DNA from: Bacteriovoracaceae bacterium UBA1511
GTDB taxonomy: Bacteria > Bdellovibrionota > Bacteriovoracia > Bacteriovoracales > Bacteriovoracaceae
Assembly: GCA_002323535.1 (NCBI GenBank)
Contig: DCQT01000033.1
Coordinates: forward strand, 31,663-95,662
Length of the DNA stretch: 64,000 nt
Direction: 5' to 3'
Every line of letters begins with the position of its first letter. Positions within the stretch are counted from its first letter, which is position 1. The notes below the pieces were generated by a model. That model saw nothing but the letters and a program-made list of their open reading frames with translations. It did not search any database and was not told the origin of the DNA. Position numbers and translations under genes: made by a program. Positions 53,802 to 63,700 of the stretch are shown here, one piece after another.

Positions 53802-54977
53802 ATGAGGCATCTTATTTTTCTTTCCGTATTTTTCTTTTTTATAAGTATAGATTCTCAGGCTGTATTAATTGATTTTCCTCTGGTTAAAAGCATCAAAGAT
53901 ACTTCTTGCGAGCACGATAATATTGACTTCAAAAAAGCGCTTTGGGACTCAGATTTGGCGGAAAAGAGAGCTTACTCCTCTGAGATTACGTCCGATAATG
54001 AGTGTCTTGGAGAAAGCGACCAAGTTTATGTTGAAATTTACTATCAATACAAAAATGAAAAGATCATTTTAAATGAGATTACTGAAAGTAAGTTAATAAA
54101 AATTATCAATGAAAATCGAGTAGAAGAGGACCTTCTTAATTTAATTAGTTGGCTCTTTAATAAAATTGAAAACTTTAAAAAGGATGAGATGACTCAAGCG
54201 TGGAATCAATCCTACGCCAAGAGGATGAGTGAGATTCGAAACCTCATGTCGCCAGAGTTTTCAAGTCGAGATGAAATAAGAAGCCTCTATTTTCAAGACA
54301 ATATATTGATCGACGATTATAAAGAAACGATCTCTCTTTATATGTTTTGCAGAAGAAATAGAAATTACCACTGCTTGTTTTTGGCAAAAGACAAGTTTGG
54401 GGATCCTGTGAAAAAAGAGGATGGAAGTTTATGGTGGCATCCATCCTTAGCAATTTCTTCGAGAGGATTACCCTCAAATGTGGTTAATGGCCAAACTCCT
54501 CAGGGAGTTCATACCATTGACTCAGTAATGCCTGATGCCAACAGACAAATTGCTTTTGGTAAATATCGAAGACTAATTTTAAACTGGGTAAAAGGTGAGT
54601 TTGAAGATAAACCAGAAATGAGTTTTCTTCCTTCGGAATCTAGTGATTCCCTCTGGTGGAGGCAAGCTTCTTTATCGAAAAAAGTAGGGAGAAAAGATTT
54701 ACGAATCCACGGAACGGGAAAAATAAATGATGATCCAACATCTACTCATTTTCCGTTTAGAAAGTCCGCCGGTTGCATAACTCAGCGTGAGGGCTCCTAT
54801 GGTGAGCTTGAGTTTCATGACCAACGCTTACTTTTAGATAAGCTAATGGTGGCTTCCGACTTAGAAATTAATTACGAAAATGAGGAACGTCTTAAAGGTG
54901 TTCTATATGTTATAGAAATTAATAACAAAAACGAGCATGTTGAATTATCTGAGGTTGAAAAGCTTTTATATGAGTGA
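53802..54977 (+). CDS. Secreted L,D-transpeptidase (YkuD)-like protein
   Basis: Signal peptide. LRIHGTGKINDDPTSTHFPFRKSAGCITQ fits the YkuD H(G)T...SxGC(I/V) active-site pattern. Confidence 0.5.
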   Translation: MRHLIFLSVFFFFISIDSQAVLIDFPLVKSIKDTSCEHDNIDFKKALWDSDLAEKRAYSSEITSDNECLGESDQVYVEIYYQYKNEKIILNEITESKLIKIINENRVEEDLLNLISWLFNKIENFKKDEMTQAWNQSYAKRMSEIRNLMSPEFSSRDEIRSLYFQDNILIDDYKETISLYMFCRRNRNYHCLFLAKDKFGDPVKKEDGSLWWHPSLAISSRGLPSNVVNGQTPQGVHTIDSVMPDANRQIAFGKYRRLILNWVKGEFEDKPEMSFLPSESSDSLWWRQASLSKKVGRKDLRIHGTGKINDDPTSTHFPFRKSAGCITQREGSYGELEFHDQRLLLDKLMVASDLEINYENEERLKGVLYVIEINNKNEHVELSEVEKLLYE

Positions 54978-55164
54978 GCTAGTTGAGGGAGTGTACTTTT
55001 CTTGTCCTTATTGTGGTGAGCAAATCTCAATGTCACTAGAGCGTTTTAGCGGAAGTCAGTCTTATATTGAAGATTGTGAGGTTTGTTGTCGTCCTATTGA
55101 AATTTCTTACACAGTAAGTGATGGAGAGGTTTTCTTAAATCAAGTGAGTAGATTGGATGATTAG
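54970..55164 (+). CDS. CPXCG-motif zinc-ribbon protein
   Basis: SCPYCGEQ .. CEVCCRPIE. 64 aa from ATG 54970. Overlaps both neighbouring genes by 8 nt. Confidence 0.7.
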   Translation: MSELVEGVYFSCPYCGEQISMSLERFSGSQSYIEDCEVCCRPIEISYTVSDGEVFLNQVSRLDD

Positions 55165-56155
55165 ATTAATTAATACAATATTGCTGACAATATTTTTATC
55201 TTCTTGTCAGGGGAAAAACTCGGCATCCAGGGAGATATGGATTTATACTTCTTTGTATAAAGATACGATTGCCAAACTTCTCCCCATGCTTAAAAGAAAG
55301 TTCCCTGATGTTGATTTTAAGTTTTATCAAGCTGGTTCAGAGGAAATTGCGGCAAAAGTAAATGCAGAAATTTTAACAAACAATTTAAAAGCCGATGTTT
55401 TAATTTCAAGTGATCGTTTCTGGTATGAGGAGCTCGCAGATAATAAAGCTTTAAGCCCCATTCCTGAGGATGTATGGAGAAAAATACCAAATGATCTACG
55501 ACATCCAAAAAAGTCATATGTTACTTTGAGCTTACCTGTTATGGTTTTATGTTATAACTCGGACACCGTTGATAAAAGTCTGGTACCTGAAAATTTTAAA
55601 GATTTAAGTCATCCAAAATATAATAATTTGTTTTCAACCGGTAGCCCATTGGCATCGGGGACAAACTTTACAACGATGGCCATGCTTCAATATAACTATG
55701 GATGGGATTACTTTAAAAAACTCAAGTTAAATAAAACAATCGCCCAAGGAGGTAATAGCTCCGTTTTGAGGCGAATTCAAAGTAGTGAGCGACCAATTGG
55801 ATGGGTTTTATTAGAAAATGTTCTTCGATTTCAAAAAAAAGATCCTAGGCTAAAGATAATTTATCCAAAAGATGGAGTCGTTACCAATAACAATGTCCTT
55901 GCTTTAACTAATAAAGAGTTTTCTCACCCTAAATTAGACGAATTTGTTCGCTTTATGTTTTCAAAAAATGGTCAAGAACTTATGACAGATAGTTTTATGT
56001 ATAGTCCACTTCAAGAAATCGCGGCCCCAGTTGGTGCCCCTAGTCTTGATTTTATTTTGAAAAACTCTTTTCCTTGGTCCAGGAAATTTATCTCAAGAAC
56101 TACTGTAGATCGCTTAGATCTCAAAGAGGAATATTCCTCAATAATGTTTCAATAA
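55157..56155 (+). CDS. ABC transporter periplasmic substrate-binding protein (Fe3+/FbpA-AfuA-like)
   Basis: Lipobox LSSCQG. Size and context are those of the first gene of an SBP-permease-ATPase set. Substrate not established. Confidence 0.7.
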   Translation: MIRLINTILLTIFLSSCQGKNSASREIWIYTSLYKDTIAKLLPMLKRKFPDVDFKFYQAGSEEIAAKVNAEILTNNLKADVLISSDRFWYEELADNKALSPIPEDVWRKIPNDLRHPKKSYVTLSLPVMVLCYNSDTVDKSLVPENFKDLSHPKYNNLFSTGSPLASGTNFTTMAMLQYNYGWDYFKKLKLNKTIAQGGNSSVLRRIQSSERPIGWVLLENVLRFQKKDPRLKIIYPKDGVVTNNNVLALTNKEFSHPKLDEFVRFMFSKNGQELMTDSFMYSPLQEIAAPVGAPSLDFILKNSFPWSRKFISRTTVDRLDLKEEYSSIMFQ

Positions 56156-56158
56156 ATT

Positions 56159-57826
56159 ATGATGACGTTATCAAAAAAAAATAAATACTCTCTTCTTTTA
56201 ATATCTCTCGCTTGTTTTATCGCTTGCTTGTATCCATATATACGACTCGCAGAAAATACCCTCTCTCTAAACCTTGAAGATAAAGGACTGCTCTTTTCTC
56301 TTCAGAGGGTTCTAAATAACTCTTTGACAAAAAAAGCGATCACAAATACATTTTTGATCTCACTTCTAACATCGGTTTTTTCCGTCATTTTTGCCACTCC
56401 ACTCGCCTGGGTATTGAGTCGGGTTGAAATAAGATTTTCAAAAAAGTGGACAACACTTTTTTCTCTGCCCTATGCTATTCCTCCTTTTGTAGGGGCGATT
56501 GCGTGGATCAACCTTGCCTCTCCTAGCTCCGGCCTTCTTACAAAAATAGTAGGGGAGAATGTCCTGGATATTTACTCCGTGGCAGGCCTTGTTTTTGTTT
56601 TAACATCATTTTTTTATACATATATTTTATTGTCTCTTCTTGGTGGACTTAAAAACATTGATAGCTCACTTGAGGAAGCCGCGAGACTTTCTGGTGCAAG
56701 TGGAATAAGGGTTTTTTTTGATATTTCATTGCCACTTTTATGGCCAAACATAAAAAGTAGCGCTCTGTTGGTTTTTCTCGCAAGTGCCGCAAGCTTTGGT
56801 GTCCCTGCTTTGATTGGCTCTCCTGGGGGAATTTATTTACTAACCACAAGGATCTACATGTTTCAAAAAATGGGATCCCTAAATGGTATTAGTGCTGCGA
56901 GTCTTTTAAGTTTCTTTCTTATCTTTCTTGCTATTTTAATTGTTACTATTCAACAACTCTTAAATAAAAATAACATTGCCTCCGTTGTGCAAGGAAAGTC
57001 TTCGAGAATTTCAAAAATTAGTTTAGGGAAAAAAGAAAATTTTGTTCAGCTGGGTTTATTTTTACTTTTTAGTATTTTATTTTTGATGCCTGTATTGAGT
57101 ATCTTTGCTTCATCATTATCGAAGGTGCAGGGTGTCTTTAGCTTTTCAAATTTAACTCTTGGAAATTTTGGACATCTAATTTTTGAGATGCCTGAATTTT
57201 TAACTTCTGTGAAAAACAGTCTTTATCTAAGCATTTCTGTTGCTTCTATTTCTGTTCTTATTGGCCTTATTTTATCTTATGTGGAGGTTCGAACTAATAT
57301 ATTTGGACGTTCTCTTGTGAGATCGATTCCAACAATTCCATTTTCAACACCAGGAACAGTGCTGGCATTAGCGATATTACTATCGTTTGGAAGAAGGATG
57401 GGAAATATAAGTCTCTATAATACTCTTTTTTTGATTGGGGTTGCTTACTTTGTGAAATACCTATCTTTTGCAGTGAGAACGATAAGTGATGGGATGAGAC
57501 AAATTGATAAGTCTCTAGAAGAATCCTCTGTTTTATGTGGTGCTACCTTTATTCGACGATTGATAGATCTTTGGTTTCCTATTTTACGCCCAATTATTAT
57601 TTCTGCATGGTTTTTAATCTTTATGCCATGTTTTAGTGAATTGACTATGACAATTTTACTTACAGGGCCCGGGCTAGAAACTTTAGGGACGCTATTGTTT
57701 CAACTTCAAGAATATGGGGACTCTGGAGGGGGTGGAGCCGCTTCGCTGTGCGTGCTGCTAATCATTTTTATATTATTAATAAATTTCATTATCAAAAAAG
57801 TTTCCAAAGGAAGTTACGGATTATGA
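56159..57826 (+). CDS. ABC transporter permease, fused double MetI-like domains (FbpB-like)
   Basis: Two EAA loops (LEEAARLSGASGIRVFFDISLP and LEESSVLCGATFIRRLIDLWFP). About 12 TM segments. Confidence 0.9.
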   Translation: MMTLSKKNKYSLLLISLACFIACLYPYIRLAENTLSLNLEDKGLLFSLQRVLNNSLTKKAITNTFLISLLTSVFSVIFATPLAWVLSRVEIRFSKKWTTLFSLPYAIPPFVGAIAWINLASPSSGLLTKIVGENVLDIYSVAGLVFVLTSFFYTYILLSLLGGLKNIDSSLEEAARLSGASGIRVFFDISLPLLWPNIKSSALLVFLASAASFGVPALIGSPGGIYLLTTRIYMFQKMGSLNGISAASLLSFFLIFLAILIVTIQQLLNKNNIASVVQGKSSRISKISLGKKENFVQLGLFLLFSILFLMPVLSIFASSLSKVQGVFSFSNLTLGNFGHLIFEMPEFLTSVKNSLYLSISVASISVLIGLILSYVEVRTNIFGRSLVRSIPTIPFSTPGTVLALAILLSFGRRMGNISLYNTLFLIGVAYFVKYLSFAVRTISDGMRQIDKSLEESSVLCGATFIRRLIDLWFPILRPIIISAWFLIFMPCFSELTMTILLTGPGLETLGTLLFQLQEYGDSGGGGAASLCVLLIIFILLINFIIKKVSKGSYGL

Positions 57827-58548
57827 GTTCTTTAGAGTTAAAAAATATCCAAAAATATTATGGCGAAAATCATATTCTTAAAGGTTTCGACCTTATTGTT
57901 GAAGACGGTGAGTTTATTTCTTTTCTTGGCTCCAGTGGTTGTGGGAAAACTACTTGTTTGAGAATAGTTTCAGGTCTTGAAAATCAAACCTCCGGTGAAT
58001 TAATCATGGGGGGTGAAGTTATCTCTAACCCAGAAAGGAGTATCTTTGTTCGCCCTGAAAAAAGACAAATTGGAATGGTTTTTCAAAGTTATGCTATCTG
58101 GCCTCACATGAATGTGTTTGATAACATCGCTTACCCGCTAAAAATCCAAAAAGTTTCTAAAAACGAAATTCAAACAAGAGTTATGGACACTCTTGGAGTA
58201 GTTGAGCTTGATGGACTTGATCAGCGTATGCCCAATCAACTCTCTGGAGGGCAGCAACAACGAGTAGCGCTTGCGCGCGGCTTAGTGGCCAGGCCAAAAG
58301 TTCTCCTTCTTGACGAGCCTCTTTCCAACCTTGATGCAAAACTTCGTCAAAAGATGAGACATGATATCAGGAAAATCCAGCAAGATTTGAAGATCACTTG
58401 TTTGTATGTAACTCATGATCAGCTGGAAGCGTTTACTATGAGTGACCGAATTGTTTTGATGAACAATGGTGTAATTGAGCAAATTGGAGCTCCTGAGCAA
58501 ATTAAAAACAATCCAGAAACAGAATATGTTAGAGAATTTCTCCAATGA
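57823..58548 (+). CDS. ABC transporter ATP-binding protein
   Basis: Walker A GSSGCGKTT, signature LSGGQQQRVALAR and Walker B LLLDEPLS. ATGA overlap with the permease stop. Confidence 0.95.
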   Translation: MSSLELKNIQKYYGENHILKGFDLIVEDGEFISFLGSSGCGKTTCLRIVSGLENQTSGELIMGGEVISNPERSIFVRPEKRQIGMVFQSYAIWPHMNVFDNIAYPLKIQKVSKNEIQTRVMDTLGVVELDGLDQRMPNQLSGGQQQRVALARGLVARPKVLLLDEPLSNLDAKLRQKMRHDIRKIQQDLKITCLYVTHDQLEAFTMSDRIVLMNNGVIEQIGAPEQIKNNPETEYVREFLQ

Positions 58549-58618
58549 AAAATTACATAATTTCAATATCTTAGGCGTATTTGTTCTGTGGTAAAATTAT
58601 TAAAGAAGGAGGTTTGTT

Positions 58619-59584
58619 GTGTATCTTCCTGATTTATATGATTGTTTCGGACTTGATGATTTAAGGCAAAAACAAGTGTCAAAAGCCTGGAGCATTTCAG
58701 AGTTTTCAAAGTTCAAAACCGTTGACCTAACAAAAAGCTTTGCTCCAATAGATACCAACTTTATTCTATACGATAAATTATCTCCAAATGAGTTATTGGT
58801 TGTAAGTCAGTTTCTAGGGCTGGTCATTAACTCTGCCATCTGTGAGCTTGAGTTAGCGATCGAGAGATCAAAAAAAGAGTGTTATCAAAATATTATCGAG
58901 CGCTTCCCTGTCTCAGTAGAGTTTGAAGAACTCGCTGAAAATTTTTTTAAAGAAGAAAAAAAACACTCAGAGGCATTTGATTTATTTTTGACTAAGTTTG
59001 CTGAAACAACGAAGGTGACTAGGCTCCAAATTAGACAGATTTTACCAACATTAAATGAATCAAAAATAGAGAAATTTTTTCGCCTCAATGGAATTATCGG
59101 TGGGCAAGCACTGTGGCTTGTAACGGCGGCAACAGAGGAGGAGTCCATAGAGGTTTTTAAAAAAATGCGTCCTCATAAAAATGAGATTGATCCATTTTTT
59201 TATCACCTTCACCGTCGTCATTTCGAAGAAGAAACCAGGCACGCCTCTTTTGCTTTTTTAATGTTAGAGTTAATAAATGATCGTTCTAGTTTACCTATTA
59301 AAAAAGTATCTCAGTGTATTGATTTTATTTTAAGTGACTTACTTCAGGTTAGTTGGGTTTTATCAGAGCTCGTAAAAACAGATAATGTTCATAAGCTGAA
59401 AGACTCTCATCCTTTCTATGAAAGTCTTTCAAATGTTCTCCCAAAGATTAGTGGTTATAACATTGCGGAGTTAATTTCTTATTTATTTAAAGAATCTCCC
59501 TTTGTCTCACTTATATTAAACCCTAGGTCAAATAAGGTTTTGAGTAATTATCTTCGTGAGAAGAATTATTTGAGCATTAGGTAA
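58619..59584 (+). CDS. AurF-like diiron carboxylate oxygenase-family protein
   Basis: Candidate ligand pattern E..(EEKKH = ExxH)..E..(HFEEETRH = H-x3-E-x2-H), as in the AurF/CmlI seven-ligand site. GTG start. Confidence 0.55.
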   Translation: MYLPDLYDCFGLDDLRQKQVSKAWSISEFSKFKTVDLTKSFAPIDTNFILYDKLSPNELLVVSQFLGLVINSAICELELAIERSKKECYQNIIERFPVSVEFEELAENFFKEEKKHSEAFDLFLTKFAETTKVTRLQIRQILPTLNESKIEKFFRLNGIIGGQALWLVTAATEEESIEVFKKMRPHKNEIDPFFYHLHRRHFEEETRHASFAFLMLELINDRSSLPIKKVSQCIDFILSDLLQVSWVLSELVKTDNVHKLKDSHPFYESLSNVLPKISGYNIAELISYLFKESPFVSLILNPRSNKVLSNYLREKNYLSIR

Positions 59585-59596
59585 TCAGAGGCATAG

Positions 59597-60373
59597 TTGA
59601 AAATAAGAAATCTAAATATATTCGGTAAAAATAAAAAAGTTCTCTTTAAAAAAGGAACCGCAGGAAAACCTGCAATAATATTTTTTCATGGATTTCCCGA
59701 CAATTACTTTGTTTGGAATGAAGTATCAAAAGACATTGATTCTTCTTTTTTTCAAGTAGGGATTAACCTAGAGGATTTGGCGAACGTTCCTATTGGAGAA
59801 GCAAAACTCTTATTTTTAAGCGTCTTAAAAAAATTAGATCTAAATCTTGGGAATGGTCTTTATTTCATCGGTCATGACATCGGTGGCCCGGTAATGAGTT
59901 ACTTTTCTGAAGTTGTAGGACAGGATTTAAAAGGATCAATTTTTTTAAACTCCTTGGATTTGGCGACATACAAAAAAAATATAATATCTCGGCAAATTCT
60001 TAAAAGCTGGTACGCACTACTTTTTCAAATAAAACCCTATCGCTGGGCAATTAAAAATAACCTTTTATTCGCTCAAAGAATTTTTAAAAAAATTGCTAAA
60101 GGCCATGAAGGAGAGATTTCATTTAAGACGATTGATTTTTATCATACCTTTTTTAATTCCCTGTTTATTAATGATGACATACCCTGTTTAAAAAGCCCTA
60201 CTCTATATATTCTTTCGAAGGATGACCCCTTCATTAAAATACCTTCAAAAAATAAAGTGATGGGGGAGTTGACGATAATTCGTGGAGGGCACTGGGATCA
60301 ATTTATGCGGGACTCAATGGCGGTGAGGTTAATTAATAAAAAATTAAATTCCTGGGAGATGTCTCATGCTTAA
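59597..60373 (+). CDS. Alpha/beta hydrolase, epoxide-hydrolase/dehalogenase-like (Asp nucleophile)
   Basis: IIFFHGFPDNYFVW is the HGxP oxyanion motif. FIGHDIGGPV is G-x-D-x-G in place of GxSxG. TTG start. Confidence 0.7.
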   Translation: MKIRNLNIFGKNKKVLFKKGTAGKPAIIFFHGFPDNYFVWNEVSKDIDSSFFQVGINLEDLANVPIGEAKLLFLSVLKKLDLNLGNGLYFIGHDIGGPVMSYFSEVVGQDLKGSIFLNSLDLATYKKNIISRQILKSWYALLFQIKPYRWAIKNNLLFAQRIFKKIAKGHEGEISFKTIDFYHTFFNSLFINDDIPCLKSPTLYILSKDDPFIKIPSKNKVMGELTIIRGGHWDQFMRDSMAVRLINKKLNSWEMSHA

Positions 60374-61235
60374 TCTCAAAATAAATCAAAAGTTAAATGT
60401 GAACTCAATCCCTGGCCTTAAGTTCATATCAAAAGAAATTAATAAAAGAAGACAAAAGTCCTACTCAGACAAAGAGCTTAAACAATTTTATGAGTCTCAG
60501 AAATTAACGATTGAATCAATTAATGAAGTCGCGAGTCTACTTCGCCCTGGAGTAAGTGAATTTGATGCGGCAAAAATGCTTGATAGCTTACTTCAAAAAA
60601 AAGGAGTTAAGCATTTCCTTCATTATTCTTTTGCCTGGTTTGCAGAAAGAAGTAGTTTTAACAAGATGTCCTCTTACGACGATACATTACCCCGTAGGGA
60701 TATTTTTTTAGAGGAGGAGGATTGTTTTATTCTTGATGCAGCTCCGTATGTAAATGGTGTTCCAAGTGATGTCGGGCTTGGCTTTTGTCCTTCAAAAAGT
60801 AAAGCTTACAACAAATTAGACAATCAATTAAATGAGCTTGAAGAATTAATTCCCGATTTATTCAACGGTGAGCTTAATGCCCAGGAAATTTATTCTCAAA
60901 TTTCTCAAGAGATTAAAAAACGTCATCTCAAAAATGTTCATGAGCTTTACCCTTTTGGTGTGCTTGCGCACAGATTACATCCATCCAAATTATCTAATCT
61001 TCCAAGCTTCATGAAGCCTTTTTCCTGGCAAGCCTACGCAGATATTTTTTCAAGAGGCTTTCTTGAAGAAACTATCAGAGGGGAAAATATTAACTCGCTC
61101 GATGGAGTCTGGGCCATCGAGCCACATATTAGTGATGGAATTAATGGAACAAAGTTTGAGAAAATTCTCGTTGTGCGGGAGGGGAAAGTCTTTTGGCTAG
61201 ACGAGTATTTTTCAACAAAAGGATCGAGGCGATGA
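60366..61235 (+). CDS. M24 (pita-bread fold, creatinase/prolidase-like) family protein
   Basis: FILDAAPYVNGVPSDVG (D..D), LAHRLH, WAIEPHI and KFEKILVV occur in the order of the five M24 metal ligands. Confidence 0.55.
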   Translation: MLNLKINQKLNVNSIPGLKFISKEINKRRQKSYSDKELKQFYESQKLTIESINEVASLLRPGVSEFDAAKMLDSLLQKKGVKHFLHYSFAWFAERSSFNKMSSYDDTLPRRDIFLEEEDCFILDAAPYVNGVPSDVGLGFCPSKSKAYNKLDNQLNELEELIPDLFNGELNAQEIYSQISQEIKKRHLKNVHELYPFGVLAHRLHPSKLSNLPSFMKPFSWQAYADIFSRGFLEETIRGENINSLDGVWAIEPHISDGINGTKFEKILVVREGKVFWLDEYFSTKGSRR

Positions 61236-62014
61236 TTGTATATATAACTGGTTGCTGTGGAGGCATCGGCCAAGAGCTTGTTAAAAAATATATTCAAAAA
61301 AGATATACGGTTGTTGGTATAGATATTAATGAAGAGGCACTAAATAGAATGAGTCTTGACTGTGGCCACCTTTTTTACCCGTCACTTGTCGACTTGGCGA
61401 AAAAGAAAGAGTCTAAGAATGGTTTAAAAAAAGTTATTGAGCAATATGGAATACCAGATGTTTTTGTTCATTGTGCTGGAATTGTCACACTAAAGCCAAC
61501 ATCGAAAGAATCAGAAAAAGAATTCTATCAAGTAATGGAGATTAATTTTTTATCTTTTAAAAGGATATTAGATGTAATTATGCCTTTTATGGAAAAAAAA
61601 GGCGGTGTAATTGTTCCTGTTTCCAGTGTCGCTGGATTTGTTAGTGCGCCTCTTCTTGGAAGTTATAGTGCATCAAAAGCGGCTTTGATATCTTACTCTG
61701 AAGTTGTTCAAAAGGAGTTATCTCTAAGAAATTCAAATGTATCCCTTTGTTTGGTTTGCCCGGGCTTTATTGATACTCCACTAATTAGAGTTGGTGATGA
61801 AGGAGGGTTTCCTGAGTATTTAAAGCCCCTCTTATCTAAGCCCTCTAAAGTTGCTGAAATTATCTCCCAGGCCATTGAAAAAAAGAAGTCGTACATCGAC
61901 CCAACCGTAAGTGGAAAGGTTATTAGTTTTCTCGATCGGATATCCCCAAAGGTCGTGAGTACTCTTAGTAAAAAAGCTTTATCTAAGGGGATGCTTAAAC
62001 TTTTTAAGAACTGA
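61232..62014 (+). CDS. Short-chain dehydrogenase/reductase
   Basis: ITGCCGGIGQEL (TGxxxGIG), VSSVAG and YSASKAA (YxxxK). ATGA overlap with the upstream gene. Confidence 0.9.
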   Translation: MIVYITGCCGGIGQELVKKYIQKRYTVVGIDINEEALNRMSLDCGHLFYPSLVDLAKKKESKNGLKKVIEQYGIPDVFVHCAGIVTLKPTSKESEKEFYQVMEINFLSFKRILDVIMPFMEKKGGVIVPVSSVAGFVSAPLLGSYSASKAALISYSEVVQKELSLRNSNVSLCLVCPGFIDTPLIRVGDEGGFPEYLKPLLSKPSKVAEIISQAIEKKKSYIDPTVSGKVISFLDRISPKVVSTLSKKALSKGMLKLFKN

Positions 62015-62016
62015 TT

Positions 62017-62961
62017 TTAAATATCGGCCCTGATTGCTACTCTTCGTGGTGCAGGATGGCCTTCGACAGTTTTAGTTTTGTCTGTCGGGCTTAAAAAATC
62101 ATCTAGGCTTTGGCCGCCACTCCATGAAGTCACTCTTTGCTCCTCAGATGTAAGAGTTTCATCAAAAATTATATCTATATTTTTGAATTTACACTTTTGG
62201 AGCCAGTTGATGAGGCAACTCGTTGTTGGAATAAACCAAATATTTCTCATTTTTGCGTATCGATCATGTGGAAATAAACAATAGCTATCATCCCCTGGAA
62301 TATTTATTGTCTCCAGGATGAGGGATCCATTAGGACGAAGAGATTCTTTAAGTGTCTTTATTTGTTCGATAGGATTTGGGTGGTGATAGATAATACCCAT
62401 GTGAAAAATTACATCGAATTTTTTCTTAAAATAATGCAGATGTTGATGGCCCAGGAGCTCAAAATAAACAGGCAGGTTTTCTTCTAAGAGGCTTCTTATG
62501 GCCTTGTATTGAAGGTAGCAAGGTAAAGAAGGATCAATCCCTAGTGCCCATTCAGGAGAGTGCTCTAACATTTTGAATAGGAAGTACCCGTTGTTACAGC
62601 CTACATCCAGAATTTTTTTATTTTTGAGTCTAGGAAGAGAACTTTGAAGTCTGTTCCATTTAATATCACTTCTCCACTCACTATCGATTTCGAGTTCATT
62701 AATTTTAAATGGACCCTTTTTCCATGGGATAAAAGATCTCATAAGAGAGGTTATTTCCGGTATATTATTGTACTTTGAGTGAAGTTTTACAAAATGATCG
62801 TCTTTAACAGGTGAGAAGTTTGAAAAGCTTGACAGTTTACCCAGCGCTTCAATCCTTTCAGTGTAGATTTTTTGAGTAAGGTTATGTTTTATCTTTTGAG
62901 TATCTGATTGAAGTATTTTAAAAACTTCTTCGGTTACAATATCTTTTAAGAAATCACTCAT
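62017..62961 (-). CDS. cmoB: tRNA U34 carboxymethyltransferase
   Basis: PWKKGPFKINELEIDSEWRSDIKWNRL and ILDVGCNNGYF, closely matching E. coli CmoB motifs. Confidence 0.9.
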   Translation of the reverse strand: MSDFLKDIVTEEVFKILQSDTQKIKHNLTQKIYTERIEALGKLSSFSNFSPVKDDHFVKLHSKYNNIPEITSLMRSFIPWKKGPFKINELEIDSEWRSDIKWNRLQSSLPRLKNKKILDVGCNNGYFLFKMLEHSPEWALGIDPSLPCYLQYKAIRSLLEENLPVYFELLGHQHLHYFKKKFDVIFHMGIIYHHPNPIEQIKTLKESLRPNGSLILETINIPGDDSYCLFPHDRYAKMRNIWFIPTTSCLINWLQKCKFKNIDIIFDETLTSEEQRVTSWSGGQSLDDFLSPTDKTKTVEGHPAPRRVAIRADI

Positions 62962-62962
62962 T

Positions 62963-63700
62963 TTATTTAATGCATAAATATGAAGCGAAATTATACCACC
63001 TGAAAATCATTTCAGAGTTTTTAAAACCCGCTTCTTGTAAAAGTTTAATTTGCTGTGATGGTGTTATTGGTTTCATCACATTTTCCAAGGCTTCTCTTTT
63101 TTGAGATATTTCTAACTCCGAGTAACCATTTCTTTTCTTGAAGTCATAGTATAAGTCAGTAATCAAATTAAAGTTAAAAGTTTGTTCCGGGTTTATTTTT
63201 TCAGATAAAACAAAGGTACTTCCGGGCTTTAGTGCTTGGTATACTTTTGATAAAAGCTTGCCTCTTTTTTCTGGAGAAATGAACTGTAAAGTATAATTCA
63301 TAACTATAAGATCAGCCGGTTGATCAAAAGTTGACTCTAGTAAGTCTTCATTTCTAATTTCTACCTCTCCAAAAGTACCATCGAGCTTTTCTTTTGCCTT
63401 TTTTACCATTGGTAAAGAGCTATCTATTCCATAGAGCTTTGGTGTTTTTCCAAGTTCGGCAATTTTTTTAGATAATATATTTAGTGTTGTTCCAGTAGAG
63501 CAACCCAAGTCATATATGACTGGAGTGTTGGTTTTTGAGAATATATAATTTGATAAATCGATTAGGATACGATGAATTTCGCTATAAAATGGAACCGACC
63601 TAGAAACCATGTCGTCGAAAACGTCTGCGACACGTTGATTGAACTCGAAGTCCTCAACTCCAATAATTTGTTGGCCAAAAATTTTATCAACACTTTTCAT
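62963..63700 (-). CDS. cmoA: Carboxy-S-adenosyl-L-methionine synthase
   Basis: FEFNQRVADVFDDMVSRSVPFYSEI and IYDLGCSTGTT. Lies 1 nt upstream of cmoB. Confidence 0.9.
   Translation of the reverse strand: MKSVDKIFGQQIIGVEDFEFNQRVADVFDDMVSRSVPFYSEIHRILIDLSNYIFSKTNTPVIYDLGCSTGTTLNILSKKIAELGKTPKLYGIDSSLPMVKKAKEKLDGTFGEVEIRNEDLLESTFDQPADLIVMNYTLQFISPEKRGKLLSKVYQALKPGSTFVLSEKINPEQTFNFNLITDLYYDFKKRNGYSELEISQKREALENVMKPITPSQQIKLLQEAGFKNSEMIFRWYNFASYLCIK

Noticed and set aside
51697-53810. Minus-strand ORFs 51697-51930, 52303-52629, 53315-53584 and 53553-53810
   Set aside because: Each overlaps a better-supported plus-strand gene (FecR-like, ParA-like, the 74-aa ORF, the 50-aa ORF). Their compositions are low-complexity and non-protein-like.
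57748-57822. N-terminal 25-aa extension of the ABC ATPase in the ORF track (similarly 35737-35817 for folE, 8803-8862, 28026-28040, 54937-54969 and 61193-61231)
   Set aside because: The extensions overlap the upstream gene or lack an RBS. Internal ATGs with SD sequences or ATGA stop/start overlaps give proteins that begin where homologues begin.
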